A stretch of DNA of 34,520 nt from an uncultured Bacilli bacterium (GCA_947624695.1 CANQLN010000001.1:1-34520); one strand, 5' to 3'. Counted from the stretch's first letter, positions 8,708 to 21,047 are shown. Translations and numbers: made by a program. The notes: generated by a model not told the origin, from the sequence alone.

Positions 8708-9310
8708 TTATTCCGAAATCTTTTTGCGGTCCTCTAAGGCTTTATCTAATGTAATAATATCTAGATAATCTATTTCGGCTCCAATAGGAATACCATAAGA
8801 TAATCTTGATATCGTAACATTTTTCTTTTCAAATATCTTTTTAATATACAAAGTTGTTGTTTCTCCTTCGATGGTTGACTTTAAGGCTAATATTAATTCC
8901 GGATTTTCTAATGATTCAACTCTTTTAACTAATGAAGAAATATTTATATCTTCGGGACCAACACTATCCATTGGAGAGATTAAACCATTTAAAACATGAT
9001 ATACACCATGGTAATTGCCAACTTTTTCAAAAGAAAAAACACTTTTATAATCTTCTATTACACAAATAAGATTTTTATCTCGCGTAGTATCAGAACATAT
9101 ATTACAAATATCATTTTCAGTTAAATGTCCGCATATTTGACAAGGATGCAATTTTTCTTTTGATTCCAATAAGGCCTTGGAAAAATCATTAATATCTTCC
9201 TTTTTTAAGTCAAGAGTAGCTAAAGCCATTCTCTCAGCTGACTTATCACCTACACCTGGTAATTTTTTATAAAAAGATATCATTTTTTGTAATAATTCTG
9301 GATATATCAT
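8708..9310 (-). CDS. recR: recombination protein RecR
   Basis: 200 aa. N-terminal HhH region (LPGVGDKSAERMA), C4 zinc finger CQICGHLTENDICNICSD, and a Toprim region. The gene order is dnaX-ebfC-recR. Confidence 0.96.
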   Translation of the reverse strand: MIYPELLQKMISFYKKLPGVGDKSAERMALATLDLKKEDINDFSKALLESKEKLHPCQICGHLTENDICNICSDTTRDKNLICVIEDYKSVFSFEKVGNYHGVYHVLNGLISPMDSVGPEDINISSLVKRVESLENPELILALKSTIEGETTTLYIKKIFEKKNVTISRLSYGIPIGAEIDYLDIITLDKALEDRKKISE

Positions 9311-9311
9311 C

Positions 9312-9611
9312 TTACATCAACCCATCTAATGCTCCAGCATATTGACCAAGTTTTTCAGTCATAGCATTATTTATTTTTATATAAGCATCTTTAGTCGCAA
9401 TTAAAATCATATCTTCTAATATTTCTTTATCTTCATCGGTAATTGCGCCTTCTTTTAATATTTTTACATTTTTAAGTTCTTTGGAACCACTAAAAGTAAT
9501 CTCTACCCATTCAGATTTACCAACAAATTCCATTTTTTCTAATTCTTCTTTTTTGGCTGTTATATCTCTTTGAATTTTTTGAGCTTGCGCCATTAAATTT
9601 TGCATATTCAT
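9312..9611 (-). CDS. ebfC: YbaB/EbfC-family nucleoid-associated protein
   Basis: 99 aa, MNMQNLMAQAQKIQRD..., in the conserved position between dnaX and recR. Confidence 0.93.
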   Translation of the reverse strand: MNMQNLMAQAQKIQRDITAKKEELEKMEFVGKSEWVEITFSGSKELKNVKILKEGAITDEDKEILEDMILIATKDAYIKINNAMTEKLGQYAGALDGLM

Positions 9612-9624
9612 GTTATCACCTCCC

Positions 9625-11190
9625 TTAAATAATCTCTATCTTATTCTTATCAAATACACTATTAACAATAGTTTCTTCTTCAGATACTTCTTTTTCTTCA
9701 ATATATTTATAAACCGTTTTAGTTTTCAAATTTTGAATATATTTTTCTTTTTCTTGAAGCCATCTTTCATTTGAAATAAAGATAATTTTATACATTTTAT
9801 TAAATTCTTTATTTAAACCATCTTCAATTTCTTTAACCATTTTATTAGCGGTTTCAACATTATGAATATTATTACATACAAGAATTAAATTTTTTGAGGA
9901 AGCCGCTACGACGGTACTATCGATTAGAATTGATTTTACCTTACCTTCAACCTCGATAGAAATAAAATTAGCAATTTCTTCTTTAGCTTCTTCTAAATAT
10001 TTTTTTTGAGCATCAACAAAGCAGTTATTAATTCTAATATTAACTAAATCATCATTATTGTTATTTTCTATGGCTTCGGTTTTTTCTTCTTTTTCAATTT
10101 CATCATTTTTAACTTCATTTTGAATTGTCTCTTCTTTAACTGGATACTCATTTATTAAATTACAAGAACTTTCAAAGAAATCTAATATTATCATTTCTAA
10201 AATGGTATAAGAATCAACATTAATGTTAATTTTATTTAAACTGTCCGCTAATTTTAAAATAAGATTTTTATAATCATTAAAGTCTAATCTCTTTATAATG
10301 CCAGATATTTTTATGTTTTTGGCTTTTTGACTAGCTACTTCGATAATCTTTTTAATAAGTGTCTTATAGTCAACCGCTCTAATGCGATACTCATTAATTA
10401 AATTTAAACACTTTTCCACATCATTATCTTCAATAGAAGTTAATAATTCATCAATATTTTTTTGAGATATAGTCTTAATTTGTTTTTCAATTAATTCTAA
10501 AGTAATTTTTTGATTACTTTTAGATAATTGATCTAGCAAGCTTAAGGCATCTCGCATACCACCTTCCGATAAATAAGCAATTTCATTTAAAGCCTCATCA
10601 TCTGCATCTATTTTTTCTAATTCACATATATATTTTAAACGATTAATAATATCATCAATTTTAATTTTTTGAAAGTCGTAACGTTGACATCTTGATAAAA
10701 TGGTAATTGGAACATTTTCAATATTAGTTGTCGCTAAAATAAAAATTGAATGAGCTGGTGGTTCTTCTAAAGTTAATAGTAAAGCATTAAAAGCACTAGT
10801 TGATAACATATGGACTTCATCGATAATATATACTTTATATTTACCATTAGTTGGGGTTAATTTAACATTTTCAATTAATTCTCTTATTTCATCAACTCCA
10901 TTATTAGAAGCTGCATCTATTTCGATTATATCAGGATTATCATGAAAATTTTTACAAAATTCACATTCACCACATGGTGAACCATCATGAGGATTTAAGC
11001 AATTTATGGCTTTAGAAAATACCTTAGCTGTTGTTGTTTTTCCAGTTCCTCTGGGACCAGAAAAAATGTAAGCATGCGAAATATTTCCATTTATTATGGA
11101 ATTTTTCAAAGTTTTTATTATATATTCTTGTCCAACAATATCATCAAAGTTATCAGGACGATATTTTCGATATAATACTTTGTATTTCAT
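9625..11190 (-). CDS. dnaX: DNA polymerase III subunit gamma/tau
   Basis: RKYRP N-terminus, Walker A GPRGTGKTT, zinc module CGECEFC, Walker B IIDEVHMLS and sensor SRCQRYDF. Confidence 0.96.
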   Translation of the reverse strand: MKYKVLYRKYRPDNFDDIVGQEYIIKTLKNSIINGNISHAYIFSGPRGTGKTTTAKVFSKAINCLNPHDGSPCGECEFCKNFHDNPDIIEIDAASNNGVDEIRELIENVKLTPTNGKYKVYIIDEVHMLSTSAFNALLLTLEEPPAHSIFILATTNIENVPITILSRCQRYDFQKIKIDDIINRLKYICELEKIDADDEALNEIAYLSEGGMRDALSLLDQLSKSNQKITLELIEKQIKTISQKNIDELLTSIEDNDVEKCLNLINEYRIRAVDYKTLIKKIIEVASQKAKNIKISGIIKRLDFNDYKNLILKLADSLNKININVDSYTILEMIILDFFESSCNLINEYPVKEETIQNEVKNDEIEKEEKTEAIENNNNDDLVNIRINNCFVDAQKKYLEEAKEEIANFISIEVEGKVKSILIDSTVVAASSKNLILVCNNIHNVETANKMVKEIEDGLNKEFNKMYKIIFISNERWLQEKEKYIQNLKTKTVYKYIEEKEVSEEETIVNSVFDKNKIEII

Positions 11191-11243
11191 GATGCTATTC
11201 CTTTCATCCTTAATTATACCATAATCGCTCGTATTTTGACTAT

Positions 11244-11654
11244 TTATTCTCGTAGTTTTTGAAAAAAAGTATTAATTATTTTTTGATAATTTTCTCTTAA
11301 TTTATTACAATCATTTGTTTGTTTATATTTATTACTTTCTAATTTAGATTTATCTTGTTCCAATAAATATATAACTTGATCAATTCTTGATTCTTCAATC
11401 ACTTTTTGACAAAGTTGGCAAGGTTCTAAAGTAACATACAAAATACAGCCATCTAAACGCCAATCTCTTAATTTTTTTTCTGTTTTTAAAATTGCATTTA
11501 TCTCGGCATGGCCTAAAACATTATATTTTTTTTGACGATTGTTATGGCTTTTAGCAATAATTTTATTATCTTTTACTATAACGGCTCCAACTGGTATTTC
11601 TTTTTTCTTATAAGCTTTTAAAGCTTCTTTATAAGCTATATTCATAAAATTCAT
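11244..11654 (-). CDS. tadA: tRNA-specific adenosine deaminase
   Basis: CDA zinc motifs HAEINAI and PCQLC. The track starts at TTG 11660. ATG 11654 sits 8 nt after AGGAG and is the more likely start. Confidence 0.9.
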   Translation of the reverse strand: MNFMNIAYKEALKAYKKKEIPVGAVIVKDNKIIAKSHNNRQKKYNVLGHAEINAILKTEKKLRDWRLDGCILYVTLEPCQLCQKVIEESRIDQVIYLLEQDKSKLESNKYKQTNDCNKLRENYQKIINTFFQKLRE

Positions 11655-11671
11655 AAGCAAAACTCCTAATT

Positions 11672-11751
11672 AAAAAAGCACACACAAATAGGGACCGATG
11701 TGGCTGCTGTCTTCCAACTCTGACCAGGTTACAGTATATTTGTTGTGCTTC
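11672..11751 (-). ncRNA. ffs: signal recognition particle RNA, short (4.5S-like) form
   Basis: The minus strand reads GAAGCACAACAAAUA...ACCUGGUCAGAGUUGGAAGACAGCAGCCACAUCGGUCCCUAUUUGUGUGUGCUUUUUU. This carries the conserved domain IV elements GGUCAG, a GGAA tetraloop and AGCAGCC. Its ends pair (11676-11690 with 11737-11750) and a U-run follows. A sigma-A-like promoter, TTGCAT (11783-11778), a 17-nt spacer, then TATTAT (11760-11755), sits upstream. Confidence 0.85.
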
Positions 11752-11793
11752 TAAATAATATCATATCATTTTATATGATGCAAATAATTTTAA

Positions 11794-11809
11794 TGTTTCA
11801 CGTGAAACA
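11794..11809. promoter_or_regulatory. parS centromere-like site (TGTTTCACGTGAAACA), copy 1
   Basis: Perfect 16-bp palindrome matching the Firmicute parS consensus TGTTNCACGTGAAACA, with an 18-bp palindrome at 11793-11810. It lies just upstream of the SRP RNA promoter. Confidence 0.85.
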
Positions 11810-12082
11810 TAGATAATTCAAATTATCTTTTAATATAATTATCTTTTTATTTCCGTAAAAACCCAACATTTACATTTTAAATAAAACAATATAAAATTTA
11901 TAATTCTATTGTATATATGCTATATTCTTATATATTGTTTATTTAAATATTTTTCATAAATGTCTTCCTTTATTGTTGTTTTTTGATGGTCACAATCAAT
12001 ATTATATTAGAAGGAGTTTTTGTTTTTAATTTATCAGTTAAACTTTACAGAACTACTAGCCTAGTTAGAGTTACACATACAA

Positions 12083-12112
12083 AAAGCAATGTTTCACGTG
12101 AAACATTGCTTT
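12083..12112 (-). terminator. gyrA intrinsic terminator formed by a 30-bp perfect palindrome
   Basis: AAAGCAATGTTTCAC|GTGAAACATTGCTTT has 15-bp arms. On the minus strand the GC-closed stem is followed by UUUUUGU. It sits about 27 bp after the gyrA stop. Confidence 0.7.
12090..12105. promoter_or_regulatory. parS centromere-like site (TGTTTCACGTGAAACA), copy 2
   Basis: Identical perfect 16-mer, forming the core of the 30-bp palindrome at 12083-12112. Confidence 0.85.
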
Positions 12113-12123
12113 AAAAAATTTTT

Positions 12124-12137
12124 ATTTCCCGGGAAAT
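12124..12137. promoter_or_regulatory. Noc-binding site consensus ATTTCCCGGGAAAT, copy 2
   Basis: Exact 14-mer (16-bp palindrome 12123-12138) abutting the gyrA stop codon (12139-12141). Confidence 0.8.
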
Positions 12138-12138
12138 A

Positions 12139-14664
12139 TTATTGATTATCTGAATTCTTACTTTCAGAAAGTATATCATTATCTTCTAATTTTACATTTT
12201 CAATTTTATTAGAATTTTTTGAAGAAATTTCCTCAGAATCCTCACTATTAACGTGATCAACAATACTTACAGTAGCTACAAATTGAGAATCCTTTAGAGA
12301 TATTAATCTTAAACCTTGAGTTACTCTTCCTAAGATAGATATTTGATAAACTGGAAGTTTAATTGTAATACCAGCATTAGTCATAATAACAACATCTTTG
12401 TCTTCTAATACTAGTTTAGCGGCCACTAAATTACCATTTTTTTCAGTAACATTAAGAGCTAATACACCTTTGCTACCACGTCTTGTTTGTCTAAAATTAC
12501 AAACTTTTGTACGTTTACCGTAACCTTTCTCTGTTACTAACAATATTGTTGAATCTTCAGAGACTACCTCAGAACATATGCAGGCTCCGCCGTTTAAATT
12601 TATACCTTTTACACCAGCAGCAGTTCTTCCCATAGCTCTAATTTCTGATTCAGCAAATTTAACCATTCGTCCTTGACTGCTACCCAAAAGAATTATATCA
12701 TTTCCTGTTGTCTTTTTAACATCTAATAATTCATCGTTTTCTTTTAAACTTATACATAATTTTCCTGTAGCCCTAATACTATCAAATTCTGAAATATCAG
12801 TCTTTTTAACAACGCCTTTTTTCGTAGCAAACATTAAATATTTATAATCATCATCTTTACTAATTTTAATAATCGAATTAATTTTTTCATCTTTTTCAAT
12901 TTGAAGTAAATTTATTACTGGAATACCTTTTGATGTTCGGCTAAATTCTGGTATTTCATAACCCTTAATTCGATAAACTTTTCCTTTATTAGTAAAGAAC
13001 ATTATATAATCATGGGTTGATAAGTTAATTAAATGTTCTACATAATCCTCATCATTAGTTGTTAATCCTTTAACTCCCATACCACCACGGTTTTGAGTTC
13101 TAAACGAATCATTAGTTGTCCTTTTTATATATCCTTTGTTTGTTAATACTACCATAACATCTTCTTCAGGAATTAAAGATTCATCTTCTATATACTCAAT
13201 TGCCGTCATATCAATTTTAGTTCGACGATCATCAGCATATTTTTCTTTTATTTCTAAAAGTTCATCTTTAATTATGCCTAAAATCTTATCACGTGATGCT
13301 AAAATCTCTCTTAATTCGGTAATTTTAGCTAATAATTCTGCTAGTTCTTCTTCAATTTTACTTCTTTCCAAACCAGTCAAACGACGTAATTTAAGTTCCA
13401 AAATAGCATCAGCTTGGATGTCTGTTAAACTGTATTTTGAAATTAATTTTTCTTTAGCAATTACATCAGTTTCAGAATCTCGAATAATTTTAATAAAATC
13501 ATCAAGATTATCTAAGGCAATTTTATATCCTTCTAATATATGAACTCTCTTTTCGGCTTTATCAAGATCAAATTTTGTCCTTCTGATTATTACTTCTTCT
13601 TGATAATTGATATATTTTGAAATTATGTCTTTTAAACCAAGTGTTTTTGGAACTTTATTATCAATCATTAAGAAAATAATACCGTAATTCATTTGAAATT
13701 GGGTATGCTTATATAAGTTATTTAAAACAACTTGAGGATTAGCCTCTTTTTTTAAAGTTATTGTAATTTTAATACCATCTTTTAAATCTGTATGATAATC
13801 AGCTATTCCATCAATGATTTTATTATGAACAAGTTCTGCAACTTTTTTCTTTAAATCATCAACATTGACACCATAAGGCACTTCATCAATGATTATATAA
13901 TGTTTACCATCTTTTTCTTCAATTGAAGCTTTACTTCTAATTGTAATACCACCGCGACCTGTTTCATAAGCCTTTTTTATTCCACTATTACCTAAAATTA
14001 TTCCTCCTGTTGGAAAATCTGGACCTTTAATATATTGCATTAACCCATCAACATCAATATCAGGATTATCAATATAAGCAACACATCCATCAATTACTTC
14101 ACCTAAATTATGTGGAGGTATATTTGTGGCCATTCCAACAGCTATACCCATAGTTCCATTAACTAAAATATTTGGAAATCTTGATGGTAAAATTTCAGGT
14201 TCTTTTTCTGACTCATCAAAATTTGGGCCAAAATTAATGGTATCTTTATTAATATCTCTTAATAACTCCAATGATATTTTTGATAGTCTTGATTCTGTAT
14301 AACGCATGGCAGCAGCACCATCACCGGCAATATTACCAAAATTACCATGGCCATCAACTAAAGGATTACGATAACTAAAATCTTGAGCCATTCTGACCAT
14401 GGCTTCATAAATACTAGAATCACCATGAGGGTGATATTTTCCCATTACATCCCCAACAATACGTGCACTTTTTTTGTGGGGTTTATCTGGAGTATATCCT
14501 GATTCATACATTGACCATAAAATCCGACGATGAACAGGTTTTAAACCATCTCTTAAATCAGGTAAAGCCCGTGAAACAATAACACTTACGGAATAATCAA
14601 TAAAAGATTTCTTTATTTCTTTTACTATATTATTTTCTTCTAATTTATCAATACTATGATCCAT
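12139..14664 (-). CDS. gyrA: DNA gyrase subunit A
   Basis: 841 aa. QRDR region [18 protein letters not shown], the catalytic Tyr context [12 protein letters not shown]-terminal beta-pinwheel repeats and a Ser/Asp/Asn-rich acidic tail. Confidence 0.97.
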   Translation of the reverse strand: MDHSIDKLEENNIVKEIKKSFIDYSVSVIVSRALPDLRDGLKPVHRRILWSMYESGYTPDKPHKKSARIVGDVMGKYHPHGDSSIYEAMVRMAQDFSYRNPLVDGHGNFGNIAGDGAAAMRYTESRLSKISLELLRDINKDTINFGPNFDESEKEPEILPSRFPNILVNGTMGIAVGMATNIPPHNLGEVIDGCVAYIDNPDIDVDGLMQYIKGPDFPTGGIILGNSGIKKAYETGRGGITIRSKASIEEKDGKHYIIIDEVPYGVNVDDLKKKVAELVHNKIIDGIADYHTDLKDGIKITITLKKEANPQVVLNNLYKHTQFQMNYGIIFLMIDNKVPKTLGLKDIISKYINYQEEVIIRRTKFDLDKAEKRVHILEGYKIALDNLDDFIKIIRDSETDVIAKEKLISKYSLTDIQADAILELKLRRLTGLERSKIEEELAELLAKITELREILASRDKILGIIKDELLEIKEKYADDRRTKIDMTAIEYIEDESLIPEEDVMVVLTNKGYIKRTTNDSFRTQNRGGMGVKGLTTNDEDYVEHLINLSTHDYIMFFTNKGKVYRIKGYEIPEFSRTSKGIPVINLLQIEKDEKINSIIKISKDDDYKYLMFATKKGVVKKTDISEFDSIRATGKLCISLKENDELLDVKKTTGNDIILLGSSQGRMVKFAESEIRAMGRTAAGVKGINLNGGACICSEVVSEDSTILLVTEKGYGKRTKVCNFRQTRRGSKGVLALNVTEKNGNLVAAKLVLEDKDVVIMTNAGITIKLPVYQISILGRVTQGLRLISLKDSQFVATVSIVDHVNSEDSEEISSKNSNKIENVKLEDNDILSESKNSDNQ

Positions 14665-14673
14665 AAAAACCTC

Positions 14674-17686
<3,013 letters not shown>

Positions 17687-17776
17687 AATTAACCTTTCTT
17701 TTACGCATATTTTAATAAAAAGGTATTTTAAGTACTCCCATACCTAGTTATAATTATACCATAAAATAGGGATATT

Positions 17777-18229
17777 TTAAACAAAATTTGTTATTTTTCG
17801 GCTTTTTAAAGTATTATTTAATTTAAAAGATTGTAACAACATTTTTTCTAAACTTTTTTTCGATAAATTAACATAAAATTCTTGCTTATTAATACAAGTA
17901 ATTTTTAATTGATTATTTTCTTCTTCCATATCTAATATTTTATTGGCTACTAAAAATAAACACTCCTTATCACGAGAAGAATTTAATTGTAATAAAATTA
18001 TATTATGAGATTCATCCACAATTATGGGAACACGATACTTAACATTCAAAATACTTTTAGCACTTTTTTTGCGACCATCTAAACTACTTCCATAATAATT
18101 ACAATTATACTCTAATATAAATTTATAATTAGTATTAAAAATTTTTAGATCGTCTAAAGTATAAATTATTGTTTTATCCCGTTTTTTTAAAAGGGCTACA
18201 GTATCATTATCTATCAAATAATTTTTCAT
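17777..18229 (-). CDS. ComK-family (competence transcription factor-like) protein
   Basis: 150 aa. CNYYGSSLDGRKKSAKSILNVKYRVPIIVDESHNIILLQLNSSRDKECLFL aligns by eye with B. subtilis ComK CRFFGSSYAGRKAGTYEVTKISHKPPIMVDPSNQIFLFPTLSSTRPQCGWI, recalled from memory. GGAAG is a possible SD 6 nt before the ATG. An extended -10 (TGcTATAGT) lies upstream. Confidence 0.65.
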   Translation of the reverse strand: MKNYLIDNDTVALLKKRDKTIIYTLDDLKIFNTNYKFILEYNCNYYGSSLDGRKKSAKSILNVKYRVPIIVDESHNIILLQLNSSRDKECLFLVANKILDMEEENNQLKITCINKQEFYVNLSKKSLEKMLLQSFKLNNTLKSRKITNFV

Positions 18230-18298
18230 CTTTTTCTTCCTTTCTAAAAAAATTTAATGTCTACTATAGCACATGAAAGTTAAAAAATTTGTCGAATT

Positions 18299-18312
18299 AT
18301 TTCCCGGGAAAT
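18299..18312. promoter_or_regulatory. Noc-binding site consensus ATTTCCCGGGAAAT, copy 3
   Basis: Exact 14-mer inside a 22-bp perfect palindrome, AATTATTTCCCGGGAAATAATT (18295-18316). It lies between the dnaN terminator and the ComK-like gene promoter. Confidence 0.8.
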
Positions 18313-18320
18313 AATTTTTT

Positions 18321-18350
18321 TAAAAAAAATCTCATTTTTTGATGAGATTC
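18321..18350 (-). terminator. dnaN intrinsic terminator
   Basis: On the minus strand the stem AUCUCAU/AUGAGAU (18342-18348 pairing with 18329-18335) has a 6-nt loop and is followed by an 8-nt U-run (plus-strand A-run 18322-18329). It begins about 10 nt after the dnaN stop. Confidence 0.7.
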
Positions 18351-18360
18351 TATTTAAAAG

Positions 18361-19479
18361 TTAATAAGTTTTAACGGGTAAGATTAATTCAATTAATGAT
18401 TCATCTTTAACTGATTTGATTAAAATTGGTTTATCATCGCTATTAATAAGAAGTAAAATATTATCATCTTTAATAACTTTTAAAGCTTCTAGCATATACC
18501 TTGATGAGAAAGCAATTTCTAATTTTTCTTTGTTACTACATTCAATATTTAATTTTTCTTCGGTCTTACCTATTTCTGAAGCACTTGAAGAAATAACCAT
18601 CACTTTACCATCAACTAAAACTCTAACAATATTTTTATCTTTACTTTGGGCTAAAAGACTAGCTCTATCAACCGCATCATTAAAAGCATGAAGATCTAAA
18701 TTAATCATATAAGCAAACTCAGAAGGAATAAAATGATTAGTATCGGGATATGTTCCACTTAAAAGATTAGTTTGAAATTCAATATTTTTATATTTAAATA
18801 ATATCTTATTGTTGAAAATATGCATGATTACAACATCATCTGCATCTAACATTTTTTCCAGTTCACTAATACTTTTACCAGGAATAACAATATTTATAGT
18901 ATTGTTAACAATTTTATCTAATTTAACATTCTTTTTGGCTAAACGATAAGAATCGGTAGCAATACATTCTAAAGTATCTCCTAATATTTTTAAGTTAATT
19001 CCGGTTAAAAGTGGTCTTACTTCTTGAGTTGAAACTGCATAAACTGTTTCATTAATTATACTTTTTAAAACTTCGGCTTTTATTTCAATCGGTTCTTTTG
19101 ATTCATCTAGAACAATTCTTGGATAATCATTTATATCATAACAATTTAAATTATATTCATTATTATCCGTATAAATTTTAATTTTACTAGTATCTTCAGT
19201 ATCAAAATAAATTATATCAGAAGGCATTTTCCGAATTATTTCTAAAATATATTTACTTTGAATAATCATACTACCTACTTTTTCAATCTTTTTAATATCT
19301 GATTCTGGAATAGTTACTCTAATTGTTAATTCCGAATCACTTGCTAGTAAACTTAATCCTTCTTTCGTTAAATCAAACTTTATTCCATTTAATATAGGAA
19401 TAGTTGTTCTGGTTCCAATAGCTCTGGTAACGTTTGTAAGAGCCTCTAATAAAATATTCTTATCAATAACAAATTTCAT
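18361..19479 (-). CDS. dnaN: DNA polymerase III beta sliding clamp
   Basis: 372 aa, MKFVIDKNILLEALTNVTRAI..., with a three-domain length and a position directly downstream of dnaA. Confidence 0.96.
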   Translation of the reverse strand: MKFVIDKNILLEALTNVTRAIGTRTTIPILNGIKFDLTKEGLSLLASDSELTIRVTIPESDIKKIEKVGSMIIQSKYILEIIRKMPSDIIYFDTEDTSKIKIYTDNNEYNLNCYDINDYPRIVLDESKEPIEIKAEVLKSIINETVYAVSTQEVRPLLTGINLKILGDTLECIATDSYRLAKKNVKLDKIVNNTINIVIPGKSISELEKMLDADDVVIMHIFNNKILFKYKNIEFQTNLLSGTYPDTNHFIPSEFAYMINLDLHAFNDAVDRASLLAQSKDKNIVRVLVDGKVMVISSSASEIGKTEEKLNIECSNKEKLEIAFSSRYMLEALKVIKDDNILLLINSDDKPILIKSVKDESLIELILPVKTY

Positions 19480-19599
19480 TTTTCTTCCTTCTTTCTTTTT
19501 ATTATTAATATTATTTTGTTTATTATAGTGTTAGTAATGTTGAAAACTGTTAATATCTTTCTAAATACCCATATTTTCGAAGAATTATTTTAAACATTG
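19480..19599. other. dnaA-dnaN intergenic part of oriC (DnaA box plus AT-rich candidate unwinding element)
   Basis: A DnaA-box variant TGTTGAAAA (= TTTTCAACA) lies at 19538-19546, next to an almost pure A/T stretch (about 19495-19535). This matches the bipartite oriC layout known from B. subtilis. Confidence 0.6.
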
Positions 19600-20955
19600 T
19601 TATAACTTCGCTTTAATTTCTTTTAACGTTTGCTCTAAAGTTGTATTATTTTTTAAATCATTTTTTATTTTTTCACAACTGGCTACTACTGTTGAATGAT
19701 CTCTTCCTCCAAATTCTAAACCAATCTTGGCTAAATTTTCTTCGGTTTCAATTCGACATAGATACATAGCAATATGTCTTGGTCTGGCAATGTTATTGCT
19801 TCTTCTTTTACTTTTTAAATCTTCGACGGTTATTTTAAAGAAATCCGCGACTACTTTTTGAATATGCGATATCGTATTTTCTTGATAAATATTAGTATTA
19901 ACATAATCTTTTAAAGCCTCGACCGCAAAATCTAAGTTGATAACTTCTGGAGTCATCATGGCTGTATATGCTAAGAGTCTATTGATTGTTCCTTCAATGT
20001 GTCGAACATCATTTGGACAAGCATTAGCAATATATTCAATAACATCTTTGTTAATTTTATCTTTAATACTCGAATTTTGCAGTTTCTGTTTAATTATTTC
20101 ACATCGAAGTTCGAAATCAGGGGGATATATATCAACTGGAAGTCCCCAAGCAAAGCGACTTCTTAGTCTTTCTTCAATCTTTTTTAAATCATCAGGACTT
20201 CGATCACTCGAAATAATAATCTGTTTATTGGCTTGATGTAAGGCTTCAAAGGTGTGGAAAAATTCTTGTTGAGTAAGTTCTGCTCCGACTAAAAATTGAA
20301 TATCATCAATAATTAAGACATCGACATTTCGGTATTTATTTTTAAAGTTATTCGCGTATTTTAAAGTATCTTTTCCCGGTTCCATTTTGGAAATACCCAC
20401 ATATTCGTCACGAAAATCATTACTCGTTGTATATAAAACTTTTTTATTAGAATTTTGAGTTATATAATTTCCTATCGCGTGCATTAAATGGGTTTTGCCA
20501 ATGCCACTTCGCCCATATATAAATAAAGGATTTCTAGTGGTTCCTGGAGCTTGCGCCACATTCATCGCTGAAATAAAGGCTAACCTATTTGATTCTCCAA
20601 CTACATAATTATCAAAATTTAAATTAGGATTAAGATTAGTATTCCATTCGACTGTTTGATATTCTTCTTCAATCTCGTCTTCTAAAGTTTTATTATCTTT
20701 TTCTAATATTTCATCTTCAGTTAATAAAGTAAGTTCATAATTTATACCTGTTAAAGAATATAAGGTATCATCTATTAAATCTAAATATTGTAATTTTAAG
20801 ATTTGTTTGTGAACAGCTAGAGGTACTTTTAGAGTGATGGTTTTATCATCCATACTAATGAGTTCAAGACCTTTAAACCACGTCGCATAAGTTGTTGGAC
20901 TAACTTGTTCTTGAATCTCTGTTAGAAATTTATTAAAAATTTCTTGTGTTTTCAT
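19600..20955 (-). CDS. dnaA: chromosomal replication initiator protein DnaA
   Basis: Walker A GRSGIGKTHLMHA, Walker B LIIDDIQF, sensor and arginine-finger region, and the C-terminal DNA-binding helix IARPRHIAMYLCR...GGRDHSTV. The start is either ATG 20955 (MKTQEIF) or GTG 20964. Confidence 0.97.
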   Translation of the reverse strand: MKTQEIFNKFLTEIQEQVSPTTYATWFKGLELISMDDKTITLKVPLAVHKQILKLQYLDLIDDTLYSLTGINYELTLLTEDEILEKDNKTLEDEIEEEYQTVEWNTNLNPNLNFDNYVVGESNRLAFISAMNVAQAPGTTRNPLFIYGRSGIGKTHLMHAIGNYITQNSNKKVLYTTSNDFRDEYVGISKMEPGKDTLKYANNFKNKYRNVDVLIIDDIQFLVGAELTQQEFFHTFEALHQANKQIIISSDRSPDDLKKIEERLRSRFAWGLPVDIYPPDFELRCEIIKQKLQNSSIKDKINKDVIEYIANACPNDVRHIEGTINRLLAYTAMMTPEVINLDFAVEALKDYVNTNIYQENTISHIQKVVADFFKITVEDLKSKRRSNNIARPRHIAMYLCRIETEENLAKIGLEFGGRDHSTVVASCEKIKNDLKNNTTLEQTLKEIKAKL

Positions 20956-21047
20956 ATACCTCACCCCGCTCTTTTATGATACCTATCCCAAAATAATTGT
21001 AACATCAAACCAATTTTAAATACAAGAAAAAAATTAGTTAACGTTAA

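Noticed and set aside
12013-12063. GAAGGAG followed by a possible TTG-initiated 14-codon ORF (MFLIYQLNFTELLA)
   Set aside because: The SD-to-start spacing is only about 3 nt, there is no ATG, and the ORF is very short with no support. It is treated as non-coding.
13296-13307. TATCACGTGATG in gyrA, considered as a degenerate parS
   Set aside because: It matches only the central CACGTG plus one flanking base on each side, which is far below functional parS similarity.
13136-13543. 135-aa plus-strand ORF inside gyrA. Also 14777-15040 and 15107-15592 inside gyrB, 18416-18691 inside dnaN and 19937-20236 inside dnaA
   Set aside because: All are antisense to highly conserved genes. Their Ser/Leu/Ile-rich translations contain no recognisable motifs.
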